From positions 2,208,001 through 2,272,000 of the forward strand of contig CAXXHB010000003.1 of NCBI GenBank assembly GCA_963664815.2: DNA of 64,000 nt, given 5' to 3'. Below, in pieces: positions 1 to 9,052 of this stretch. The position numbers were made by a program, and so were the translations under genes. The notes under the pieces are model-generated. The model saw only the letters and a program-made list of their open reading frames with translations. It did no database searches and was not told the DNA's origin. This DNA comes from Spirochaetota bacterium (lineage in GTDB: Bacteria; Spirochaetota; UBA4802; UBA5550). Numbering within the stretch: the first letter of the stretch is position 1; each line of letters starts with the position of its first letter.

Positions 1-2043
1 CACCTGGGTGACTGGGAATTTTCATACATGGTTCATTCAAAAACAATAAGTTTAACACTGGAGCATGGAATTACGGTTGATTCTCCGGAAGGGTTTATCG
101 GTCATGCGATGATATGCATTGTACTGTGGAATGATATTAAACTCGGCTCCAGGCTGGGTGATGCGGCATGGAAACTCTCAAACAAGTATGGAAACCTGTC
201 TCAATTAAGCGACGTGGGTCTTCATTACGGTTCCTATATTTTATTCCGGGAAAAGCATTTAAAATATTCACTGGATATATTTCAAAGGGGATTGGATGCA
301 GGATTAAAATCGGGTGAATATCTTTTTGCAGGTTATACCATTAATCATTTAATATTTAACAGAATAGCAACCGGGGAAAATCTGCATTCACTCTTATACG
401 AACTGGATAAAAATCTGACCCTGCTGTGCAAACTGAAAAACGAACTGATCTATGACAATCTTTCCGGAGTAAAAATAATTCTTTCTAACCTGGCCGGACG
501 AACTGAAGACACAGAATGTTTTATTCTCAATGATCTTAAGGAACAGAAATTGCTTGCCTGCTATGATGAAAAAAAAATATTTTTACTTCATGCAGTTTAC
601 GCTCTATACAAATCCATGCTGCTTTATCTTTATGGAGATTATAAAGGATCACTTTTGCTGTGTGAAAATGTTAAAAAATACAACAACGGAATACTTGGTA
701 CTTTTCATATTATTGAATACTATTTTTATCTTGCGCTTAACCTTACGGAATTAATACCGGAAAACAGAGGCTATTATACGCTTCTTGAAGAGCCGGCATT
801 AATGTTTAAAGAATATGCGCTGGAATGCCCCGATAATTTTCTCTGCCGACACCTTCTTATTGAAGCAGAAACAAAAAGGCTGGATAATGACATCTCCGGA
901 GCGATGTCTCTCTATGACAATGCTATCGCATCAGCACGAGAAAATGAGTTTATTCATATTGAGGCGATAGCATGTGAAAAAGCAGGTAAGTTCTGGCTAT
1001 CTTTGAGTAAAAAAGATTTCGCTTCCATTTATTTAAAACGGGCTTACACACTTTTCGGCAAGTGGGGAGCCGACAGGAAGATGGATCATATGAAAAAACA
1101 ATATCCTGATATTTTTCATGAACATTCCGGGCTGAATGAACTCAGCGGATCTGATATATTCGCTCTCCTCAATCATTTTAACCGTATATCATGCAGTCTG
1201 GACATCAATGACCTTCTGAAAAATTTAAGCAGAATTATGCTGTATCATTCCGGCGCAGATATGTTCGCGCTTGCTACAGATCATGATGATAGAATGCTTA
1301 TAAGGATACAGGCAAAACCTGATATTTCAGAGACGGCAGAGGTTATAATGTCATTACCTGTTGAAGAGTGTCACAACGAACAATTTCCTTTGGAAATGCT
1401 TCGCTATATTAAACGTACAAATGAGAAGGAAATCTTTTACGATGGAAACAGCGAAAATATTTTTTATAACACTCCATATATGAAGAAAATCAATCCCGCT
1501 TCAGCGTTATGCATCATGTCTGATGCAGGTTCCTGCAAAGTAATAATGTATTTTGAAAACAGACATTCAAAATATTCTTATAACGGGATAAATAAAACTT
1601 TGCTTAATCTGTTGTCAAAACATGCTTCTATATATTTGCAGAATGCTTTTTATATCCGGGATACCAGCTTTAAAACAGAAGAAACTGCGTTTGTATTTAA
1701 AACTTCCGGCTTGAATAAAGCTATTCCCTATGAAAATATTCTCTATTTTTCATCAAACGGAAGGCATACTTCAGTTTTTTTAAACAGTAAAGTATTAGAT
1801 ATTCCTGTTCTTCTAAAAGATATAGAAAACAATCTTCCGCCTGAATGTTTTATACGTGTGCACAAACAGCATATTATCAACATTAACAATATATCAGATC
1901 TGAAGCGCAATAATAACGGAAGAATATTTGTAAACATCAACAACAGCGTAGCCCTCCCCGTCGGAAGGGCATATTATGAAACCATCAAAGAAAAGCTGAA
2001 TATGCAAATAATTAAAAATCAGATTAAAGAAACAACAAAATAA
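1..2043 (+). CDS. C-terminal part of a large multi-domain sensor (TPR-like/STAND-associated region, GAF, C-terminal LytTR DNA-binding domain); 5' end outside window
   Basis: Frame +1 is open from base 1. It has the 'CPDNF...LLIEAE...LYDNAIASAREN.FIH.EAIACE.AG.FW...AY..F.KWGA' segment typical of kinase-AAA-GAF sensors, and a LytTR signature 'FIRVHKQHIINI...LPVGRAY' at the C-terminus. Confidence 0.8.
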   Translation, partial: HLGDWEFSYMVHSKTISLTLEHGITVDSPEGFIGHAMICIVLWNDIKLGSRLGDAAWKLSNKYGNLSQLSDVGLHYGSYILFREKHLKYSLDIFQRGLDAGLKSGEYLFAGYTINHLIFNRIATGENLHSLLYELDKNLTLLCKLKNELIYDNLSGVKIILSNLAGRTEDTECFILNDLKEQKLLACYDEKKIFLLHAVYALYKSMLLYLYGDYKGSLLLCENVKKYNNGILGTFHIIEYYFYLALNLTELIPENRGYYTLLEEPALMFKEYALECPDNFLCRHLLIEAETKRLDNDISGAMSLYDNAIASARENEFIHIEAIACEKAGKFWLSLSKKDFASIYLKRAYTLFGKWGADRKMDHMKKQYPDIFHEHSGLNELSGSDIFALLNHFNRISCSLDINDLLKNLSRIMLYHSGADMFALATDHDDRMLIRIQAKPDISETAEVIMSLPVEECHNEQFPLEMLRYIKRTNEKEIFYDGNSENIFYNTPYMKKINPASALCIMSDAGSCKVIMYFENRHSKYSYNGINKTLLNLLSKHASIYLQNAFYIRDTSFKTEETAFVFKTSGLNKAIPYENILYFSSNGRHTSVFLNSKVLDIPVLLKDIENNLPPECFIRVHKQHIININNISDLKRNNNGRIFVNINNSVALPVGRAYYETIKEKLNMQIIKNQIKETTK

Positions 2044-2178
2044 ATCTGATACCACCATATAGAGATAGCTTTATATCCGCAGATCGGAATTCCTGAAAAA
2101 TATACCGGCTTAAAATCATAAAAATTCTGTTTTTGTACTTCTCTCTTTTACTATTACTTCGTCTCATCCGACAATTGA

Positions 2179-3045
2179 TCAGATCTTTACATGTTTGATA
2201 AAGGTCCCTTCATCCAGCTCCCGGAATGCCTGGTTCAGCTCTTCACGCTTATTCATTACAATTGGACCGCCCCATGCAACCGGTTCGTTCAGCGGCGCAC
2301 CGGAGAAAAGGACACAGCGCGTACCTTGAGTTTCATGCGCAGTAAGTGTAACAGTATCACCGCCGGAAAGAAGAACTGCCCTCCTGCGCTCATGGAATTC
2401 CTGTTCTGTATGCGCATCAAATGAAACTTTACCGTCAAGAATGTAGACAAAAACTGTGTCCCGTTCCGGAACAGGTATACTGCAGGAATTTCCTGCTTCA
2501 AGCGTGATATCAAGCATGGAAGCATCCACATAGTCTCCATGCATTGCTCCCGGCGTGTTGCGATATACACCGGCAATAACCGATATTCTAACCCCATTTC
2601 CGGTTACAACAGGAATCTTCTCTGCTGTAAGATCCCTGTATACTGGATCGGTCATTTTACTGTTCGATGAAAGGTTTAACCATAGCTGAAGGCCAAGCAT
2701 CCGGGGCGCAGATTTCGGCATCTCCTGGTGTATTATTCCGCTTCCGGCCGTCATCCACTGACAGCCGCCGTCAAGAATGCTTCCCCTGTTCCCAAGGCTG
2801 TCTCCATGTTCTATAATTCCGCTTACCAGATAAGTGACTGTTTCAATACCGCGATGCGGATGCCATGGAAAACCTTTGATATAATCATCAGGATTTACAG
2901 AATCGAATGCATCCAGCATAAGAAAGGGATCAAAATCCTTTACATTCGCAGCTCCGAGAACCCTTACCAGATGTACTCCGGCACCATCAACCGCGGCAGA
3001 ACCGGTAACGACCTTATTAACTTTTCGCTGTTTCATTATAAGCAA
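2179..3045 (-). CDS. Pirin family protein
   Basis: Motifs DPFLMLD, GFPWHPHRGIETVTY, HGDSLGN, QWMTAGSGIIHQE, GPIVMN. Confidence 0.95.
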   Translation of the reverse strand: MLIMKQRKVNKVVTGSAAVDGAGVHLVRVLGAANVKDFDPFLMLDAFDSVNPDDYIKGFPWHPHRGIETVTYLVSGIIEHGDSLGNRGSILDGGCQWMTAGSGIIHQEMPKSAPRMLGLQLWLNLSSNSKMTDPVYRDLTAEKIPVVTGNGVRISVIAGVYRNTPGAMHGDYVDASMLDITLEAGNSCSIPVPERDTVFVYILDGKVSFDAHTEQEFHERRRAVLLSGGDTVTLTAHETQGTRCVLFSGAPLNEPVAWGGPIVMNKREELNQAFRELDEGTFIKHVKI

Positions 3046-3160
3046 GAATCCTCCTGCTGCAGTTTAAATATCTTTTAAAAAATAGCAGATACCGGTAAAA
3101 TAAGCAAACTATTGTTAATACATACCATATTATATTTTTATCTTCTTTATATAAAAATAT

Positions 3161-3191
3161 AAAAAAGGCTGCCAATTCTCAGGCAGCCTTT
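3161..3191 (-). terminator. Rho-independent terminator of pstS
   Basis: Hairpin aaaggctgcc-aattctca-ggcagccttt followed by a T-run on the minus strand, about 20 bp after the pstS stop. Confidence 0.85.
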
Positions 3192-3211
3192 CATTTTAAG
3201 ATGATTTTGTT

Positions 3212-4042
3212 TTACTTTAATGTTATAAAGCCGGCTTCAGAGACAATTTTCTGTCCCTCTTTGGAAAGGAGATAATTTACAAAGGCTTTTGATTCTGCAG
3301 AGTAATTTTTTTCATTAACATACATGAACAGTTTTCTGGAAATAGGATATTTCCCTGTTTTACCATTTGCAAGATTGGCAGGTATACTGTTAACGTCAAT
3401 ACCCTTTATAGAGCTGTCAAGATACCCGAAGCCGATATAGCCTATCGCTTTTTTATTATTTGCAACAGTATTTACAACTGCTCCGTTTGATGCCTGCATC
3501 AGAGAATCCTTTCTTACGTCAGTTTTTTTCATAATATCTTCATTCCAGTATTCATATGTACCTGAACTTGAATCCCTTGAAACAACTACAATTTTCAGAT
3601 CATCTCCGCCGACCTGCTTCCAGTTTGTTATTGTACCGTCAAAGATCTGTTTCAACTGGTCTTTTGACAGGTTTTTAATCTTGTTTGAAGGATGAACTAT
3701 GGGAACTATCATATCATAAGCTATGGTTATTTCCCTGATTTTCATCTTTGAGGATTTTCCCTTCTCTTTCTCTTCAGGTTTCATCTCTCTTGATGAATTT
3801 GCAATATCACATGTGCCGTCAAGAAGTGCTTTTATTCCGTTTCCCGAGCCGCTACCCTCAACTGAAATTCCGATTTCAGGTTTTACCGATTTAAAGGCTT
3901 CAATAGCTTTCATCGTAATCGGCAGAACTGTTGTTGAACCTTTGATAACCACTTTCCCCTTCTCTGATGCATTCACGGCAAAAACAGAGAGTACAACTGC
4001 TGCGACAGACAGCATTGCTATTAATTTTTTTCTTAAAAACAT
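3212..4042 (-). CDS. pstS: Phosphate ABC transporter substrate-binding protein
   Basis: Signal peptide; motifs KGSTTV, GSGSGNGI, DIANSSR, SRDSSSGT, YPISRKLFMY; GGAGG RBS. Confidence 0.95.
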   Translation of the reverse strand: MFLRKKLIAMLSVAAVVLSVFAVNASEKGKVVIKGSTTVLPITMKAIEAFKSVKPEIGISVEGSGSGNGIKALLDGTCDIANSSREMKPEEKEKGKSSKMKIREITIAYDMIVPIVHPSNKIKNLSKDQLKQIFDGTITNWKQVGGDDLKIVVVSRDSSSGTYEYWNEDIMKKTDVRKDSLMQASNGAVVNTVANNKKAIGYIGFGYLDSSIKGIDVNSIPANLANGKTGKYPISRKLFMYVNEKNYSAESKAFVNYLLSKEGQKIVSEAGFITLK

Positions 4043-4095
4043 TTATTTAATTCCTCCTGGAAAAATTTAACTTCGTCAGTAATAGATGTTAATGA

Positions 4096-4134
4096 TGTAA
4101 ATAAAAAATTAAGAAATAATTTAAATTTCGTAAA
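4096..4134 (-). promoter_or_regulatory. Pho-box-like array upstream of pstS
   Basis: Minus-strand hexamers TTTACG, TAAATT, TTAATT, TTTACA at an exact 11-bp period (forward starts 4129, 4118, 4107, 4096). Confidence 0.55.
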
Positions 4135-4261
4135 ATATCGTTTCCGGAAACCGGTAAGTGATAATGAATTTCACTATAATATAAAAAGAGTATGAAAAGC
4201 TAAAAAATGATCCGCCCCGGACAATTTCATCATATTCCATAATTCCTGCATATACAGAATA

Positions 4262-4300
4262 TTTATAATTTCTTAGCATCTGCCTGATATTTTTTTTACA
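4262..4300 (+). promoter_or_regulatory. Pho-box-like array upstream of the 799-aa ligase-like gene
   Basis: TTTATA(4262), TTAGCA(4273), CTGATA(4284), TTTACA(4295) at an 11-bp period. Confidence 0.55.
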
Positions 4301-4337
4301 TAATTCCTGTCTGTTAAACCGGAAAACAGGAGGATTC

Positions 4338-6737
4338 ATGAATCGGATAAGTAACAGAGGATCATGGAAAGATATATTTGATTCCGGAAATTCAGGCCCG
4401 ACTGAATTTCTTGACTCACTGAAATCGGCCGGATTTATCCCATATTCCGGGGATGATTCCACATGCGGCATTGAAAATGAATTCCAGACTGCTGTCTCAG
4501 GTAAAAACTCGGATGTTGACCTTCCCAGGAGTATTAAAGAATCCAATTATCTTAAAAATCTTATTAAAAGAATCAACAGGGGTGATCTCAGTGTAAAATC
4601 ATCAGACGGCTTGCTGGAATACCTCGACAGGAATGAAAAGGGGATTTGGGAAAACAGCTGGGTCAGGTTTCCCAGAAATACTCTTTCAGGTTTTGCCGAA
4701 TCAGTTTTCCGTCACGATCTGAAACAGGATAAAAGCAAACCGGCGGGACCTGACAGGAATGATGCAGATAGCTTTATTATAAAAGAAAACGGGAAAGAGT
4801 TCCTGAGAATACCTGTAAGTTACCTGCTGAAACTTGCTCTTGCCGATTCCCTTGACAGCAGAACATACATTCACCCGGTAATAAGGAATACCGGCATAAA
4901 ATTTCTTGATTCTTATCTTAATGACAATACCTCTCCCGAGATTGTATCATTCTTCCCTGTTAAATGCAGCAATGACACACAGTCATCTCAAAGCATTAAG
5001 AACCAGACATTGAAAAGTTACCTGCTTACGCAGATGCTTGTTCTTTATTCCAATAAAAAATTTGAACTATCAATGAACGGTCAGGATGTATCTTTATATT
5101 TTTCACCGCACCCGCCGGTAAGACAGAAAAAGCTTAATGATCTTATTACTGATTCCTTTTACAGGGAGCTTTTTATGAGCCCATGCCTATCCGGATGGGA
5201 CAGGGGAGAGGAAAAACATTCCTATATGAATCTCTGTCATCAGGTACTGTCACGCAGCAGTCTTAACTCAATTTTAAAGCTGAAGGAGGCGGGAATCGTT
5301 TCAGGAAACAGAGTATACCTCAGGGGAATATCAAATATCAGCCTTGCCAATAATGGAACACATATCAGCATTGGGAGCAGAGGGCTCTCAGGCATGCTGC
5401 AGTCCGGTGAAGCATCCTGTACCATTCAACATGAAAAATACTACGGTGATCTTGCAATAAAGATATTCGAACATTTTATTCCGCTTTTCACAGGTACATA
5501 CAGCGCTTCCCCGTACCGGTTAAGCTTTCATGATTTTCATCCGGAAAAAGTGCTCGGCTTTCTCTCTCACGAGCTTGATTTCACACAGCTGCGGATGATC
5601 TGGAGTATATGGCAGAACAAGGCAGATCTCAAGGTTTTCGGAAATCCCGTACTGCCATCAGGACCCGAATGGTTCGAACAGTACATGTTAAAAACATTCA
5701 GGCTGCGCGGGGATTTCGTCAGCGATTTCAGGATGATAGACTTCCCCGTCTCTTTTCTGAGCACTGACGAAAGTCCGTTATTTAACGGCAAACCCGGTAG
5801 TGACGAAAGACTTAAAAAAGATCTTGCGTCAATGGGAATTTTTGACAGCAAAATGTCGGTTTATACTCTCTACAGAATGAGAAGCAACGCAGCCAGCGGA
5901 TATACAGGATTTGAGGGGAGATACTACTCGCTCTTTGAAAGCCTTCAGAACGATCTTGAAAAAGCCGCTGCAGTTCAGACGCTTATTACCTCACTGGCAT
6001 GGAAATACATTATAAACAACACCGTAACCCACGAACACATCCCTGACACCCCGGGAACTGAAAGTGAAAGAAGACAGATAATTTTCGCCACGGCAATCGG
6101 CCTCCCCTGTTTTTTCATTAAAAAAAATACCCGCAATATTTTTATGAATAAAATAATCTCCATGACCCGGAATACCCGGGGCAGCAGCAGGTATCCCGGA
6201 TATCTCAAAGTCCAGACATCAGACTATCTTGCGGCCCTGGTGAAAATAATAAAAACCGACTCGGCAGACCTGGTTGAATCAATGAACCTTGAAAAAACCA
6301 TAGAGGACCTTGAACTGAGAATCAAAACCCCATCTGAATACTCAGCATCATCACGCATTACAGACGGTATACTAAGAAAAGCGGGAGCACATAACCAGTT
6401 TAAAATTTCCGCCGATGAATTCAATCTCTGTGCTGAAGAATACTACAGGGAAGATCTTCGTATAAAGCATATATATGAAGCATACGAAATTCTTCTGGAG
6501 GAGATTGAGTCAATCGACAGCAGTGAAACCTCTGCCGATCCTGAAATAGCATCCGCGATACAGACATTGATGAGCACAAGAAACCGATCCGGTTTTATTA
6601 AGCTTATGAAATCTAAAACAGCTGAGGGTGATCTTCCGCTTATGTATATAGTTACAATGATACAGCTTCTTCTTGTTCTTCTGTATAAAGAGATGAAATA
6701 TTTTTCAATAACCGGAGTCAAAACAGGCAATGCATAG
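4338..6737 (+). CDS. Uncharacterised protein with glutamate-cysteine ligase/glutamine synthetase-type (carboxylate-amine ligase) motifs
   Basis: CAGGAGG RBS. Ordered motifs TCGIENEFQ (GxExE), TSPE, NNGTHISIG (GxH), PLFTGTYSASPY (cf. LLALSANSPF), YRMR, GFEGR (ExR). The fold call is inferred from motifs only. Confidence 0.6.
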   Translation: MNRISNRGSWKDIFDSGNSGPTEFLDSLKSAGFIPYSGDDSTCGIENEFQTAVSGKNSDVDLPRSIKESNYLKNLIKRINRGDLSVKSSDGLLEYLDRNEKGIWENSWVRFPRNTLSGFAESVFRHDLKQDKSKPAGPDRNDADSFIIKENGKEFLRIPVSYLLKLALADSLDSRTYIHPVIRNTGIKFLDSYLNDNTSPEIVSFFPVKCSNDTQSSQSIKNQTLKSYLLTQMLVLYSNKKFELSMNGQDVSLYFSPHPPVRQKKLNDLITDSFYRELFMSPCLSGWDRGEEKHSYMNLCHQVLSRSSLNSILKLKEAGIVSGNRVYLRGISNISLANNGTHISIGSRGLSGMLQSGEASCTIQHEKYYGDLAIKIFEHFIPLFTGTYSASPYRLSFHDFHPEKVLGFLSHELDFTQLRMIWSIWQNKADLKVFGNPVLPSGPEWFEQYMLKTFRLRGDFVSDFRMIDFPVSFLSTDESPLFNGKPGSDERLKKDLASMGIFDSKMSVYTLYRMRSNAASGYTGFEGRYYSLFESLQNDLEKAAAVQTLITSLAWKYIINNTVTHEHIPDTPGTESERRQIIFATAIGLPCFFIKKNTRNIFMNKIISMTRNTRGSSRYPGYLKVQTSDYLAALVKIIKTDSADLVESMNLEKTIEDLELRIKTPSEYSASSRITDGILRKAGAHNQFKISADEFNLCAEEYYREDLRIKHIYEAYEILLEEIESIDSSETSADPEIASAIQTLMSTRNRSGFIKLMKSKTAEGDLPLMYIVTMIQLLLVLLYKEMKYFSITGVKTGNA

Positions 6738-7740
6738 AAATTTTACAACACATCAGTACATTGAGCGGAAAACCGGGTTTATCAAGGATGAAACCCTTTA
6801 CCACGATAATATTGTTAACCATATTTATTCTGCAGCAAGAGAAAACAGATCTGTTATCTACCGCATGGTTACCTCAAAATACATCACGGATATGCTGGCT
6901 TACATTAACTATGATATTCCCATGGGGAAAAGAATTCTCGGTGGAAGCAGTTTCCTGAAAAATGCAGGGATAGACACAACCGAGTTTCTTGATTCACCCG
7001 AATCACTTGATACAGCCAGAAAATTTTTTGAAAGAAAGATAAAATACAATGAATGCCGGCCCATGCCGGTCGGACAGGGAATTATAGTTTCACCGGCTGA
7101 TTCAAGGATGCTGATAGGTTCGCTCGATGAAACAAGCTGTCTTTTTCTTAAAGAAAAATTCTTCAGTTTCGCAGAACTTCTGGGAAATAAAACTGAATGG
7201 CTTGAAAAGTTCTGCAATGGCAAATACGCCGTTTTCAGACTCACTCCGGAAAAATACCATTACAATCATGTACCTGCATCAGGTGTTGTTTCTGATTATT
7301 ACGAGGTTGACGGTAATTATAATTCCTGCAATCCGGGAGCGGTTACCGCCATAGACGGTGCATATTCAAAGAACAGGAGAACAGTAACAATTATCAATAC
7401 AGATGTCCCCGGAGGTACCGGCGCAGGATTTGTAGCAATGATTGAAGTCGCTGCGCTTATGATAGGGGTTATACAGCAATGCTATTCTGAAAACGGGTAT
7501 GATAATCCTTCTGTAGTAATCAAAGGGATGTTCCTCAGAAAAGGTTCGGTAAAAAGCCTCTTTCGCCCCGGAAGTTCTGTAGATATACTCCTCTTCGAAA
7601 AGGGGAGAATTAATTTTTGTGATGATATTGTTGAAAACTCGCAGAGACGTGATGTCCGGAGCAGGTTCACCGTACACTTTGATAAAGCCCTTGTTGAAAC
7701 CGATGTCGAGGTAAGATCGGAAATAGCCCATATAAAATAA
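6730..7740 (+). CDS. Phosphatidylserine decarboxylase family (pyruvoyl-dependent) protein
   Basis: Motifs FFERKIK, IVSPADS, FRLTPEKYHYNHVP, N.R, IEVAALMIG and the self-cleavage motif FRPGSSVDILLF; overlaps the upstream gene by 8 bp. Confidence 0.88.
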   Translation: MHRNFTTHQYIERKTGFIKDETLYHDNIVNHIYSAARENRSVIYRMVTSKYITDMLAYINYDIPMGKRILGGSSFLKNAGIDTTEFLDSPESLDTARKFFERKIKYNECRPMPVGQGIIVSPADSRMLIGSLDETSCLFLKEKFFSFAELLGNKTEWLEKFCNGKYAVFRLTPEKYHYNHVPASGVVSDYYEVDGNYNSCNPGAVTAIDGAYSKNRRTVTIINTDVPGGTGAGFVAMIEVAALMIGVIQQCYSENGYDNPSVVIKGMFLRKGSVKSLFRPGSSVDILLFEKGRINFCDDIVENSQRRDVRSRFTVHFDKALVETDVEVRSEIAHIK

Positions 7741-7755
7741 AAAAAGGAAAATTTT

Positions 7756-8808
7756 ATGACAGAAATAATATTCATACTATCACTTACAGTAATATTATCA
7801 GCAGTTTACACTGTTTCATTCAGATTACTGCCGGATGAAAAATGGCAGATCTTCGCGACAATACCGCTATATAAAACCGGTGACAACTCATGGCATGGGA
7901 TAAACATCACTTATTACGGTCTGCTCACCGCTACAGGTTATACTCTTGCTTTTACAATCTTTATAATTATGATGTCTGCAGCCGGTACTGATTCACTGTT
8001 CTTACTTGTACTGCTTGCAGCCATACTTCTCTTTTTTATACCATCCGCAAAGATAATGGCGGTTTTAATCGAGAAAAAAAAACATACACTGACAGTCGGG
8101 GGAGCAGTGTTTGTAATGTTTATCCTGGCTCCATGGATCATATCATGCCTTAACAGGGTTTCAATAATTACGCATGATCATCAAACGGCTGATATAGTCT
8201 TTTTCTCTTCACTTATTACTGCATACGCCTTTGGTGAGGGTTTCGGGAGGCTTGCATGTATAAGCTTCGGGTGCTGTTACGGTAAAGCTGTAAGCGAACT
8301 TCCGGTTTTTTTTCAGAAGCTTTTCTCGTATTATAATTTTGTTTATACCGGCAAAACAAAAAAAATATCCTATCACGACAACATGGATGGGGTTAAAACA
8401 GTACCCGTGCAGGCCATTACGGCAGTTCTATATACTGCATCCGGACTGGCAGGCCTGTACCTCTTTCTTGACGGGAAATACCTCTTTTCATTTTTTCTTT
8501 CATTAACCGTTACTCAGGTATGGAGATTCATATCAGAATTTTTAAGAGCTGATTTCAGGGGTTATGGAAATATATCAGCATACCAGGTTATGAGTATTAT
8601 GATTGTGCCATATTACATTATTTATACTTTTATATTCGGCATGCCGGATTATTTAAAACCGTCAATTTCACATGGCCTGAGCTATGTATGGAGTCCGGGA
8701 TTAATTATTCTGCTTTTAATCATGTGGATCGGATGTGTACTATATACCGGTGTCAGCAGTGTTACTGCTTCAACAATATCAATATATATAAACGAGGATA
8801 AAATCTGA
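7756..8808 (+). CDS. Divergent prolipoprotein diacylglyceryl transferase (Lgt)-like membrane protein
   Basis: Multiple TM helices; GEGFGRLACISFGCCYG (Lgt GRLGC...GCCYG signature), PVQ, WRFISEFLRAD. Confidence 0.8.
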   Translation: MTEIIFILSLTVILSAVYTVSFRLLPDEKWQIFATIPLYKTGDNSWHGINITYYGLLTATGYTLAFTIFIIMMSAAGTDSLFLLVLLAAILLFFIPSAKIMAVLIEKKKHTLTVGGAVFVMFILAPWIISCLNRVSIITHDHQTADIVFFSSLITAYAFGEGFGRLACISFGCCYGKAVSELPVFFQKLFSYYNFVYTGKTKKISYHDNMDGVKTVPVQAITAVLYTASGLAGLYLFLDGKYLFSFFLSLTVTQVWRFISEFLRADFRGYGNISAYQVMSIMIVPYYIIYTFIFGMPDYLKPSISHGLSYVWSPGLIILLLIMWIGCVLYTGVSSVTASTISIYINEDKI

Positions 8809-8877
8809 TTTATGTTACGTAATTACTGATGAACTCCGGCCTTATTCCCCTAAAGGGATCACTGAGATATCATTTTA

Positions 8878-8916
8878 TAAACATAATTTTAATAAATTAC
8901 TTATATTTTCTTAACA
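8878..8916 (+). promoter_or_regulatory. Pho-box-like array upstream of the PHP-glycosyltransferase gene
   Basis: TAAACA(8878), TTAATA(8889), CTTATA(8900), TTAACA(8911) at an 11-bp period. Confidence 0.5.
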
Positions 8917-9052
8917 ATATTTATGTTTTTATTAAACAGAAAATGTTTAAGAGTAAAAAACATAACAATTTCTTTATTTTTAGGAATTATTAAAGCGGAT
9001 ATTCATTAAACATCAGGATAAACTGAATTTTGAATTATCACAAGGAGAATAT

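Noticed and set aside
4121-4546. 141-aa minus-strand ORF
   Set aside because: Overlaps the ligase-like gene antisense and the divergent promoter region; no recognisable features.
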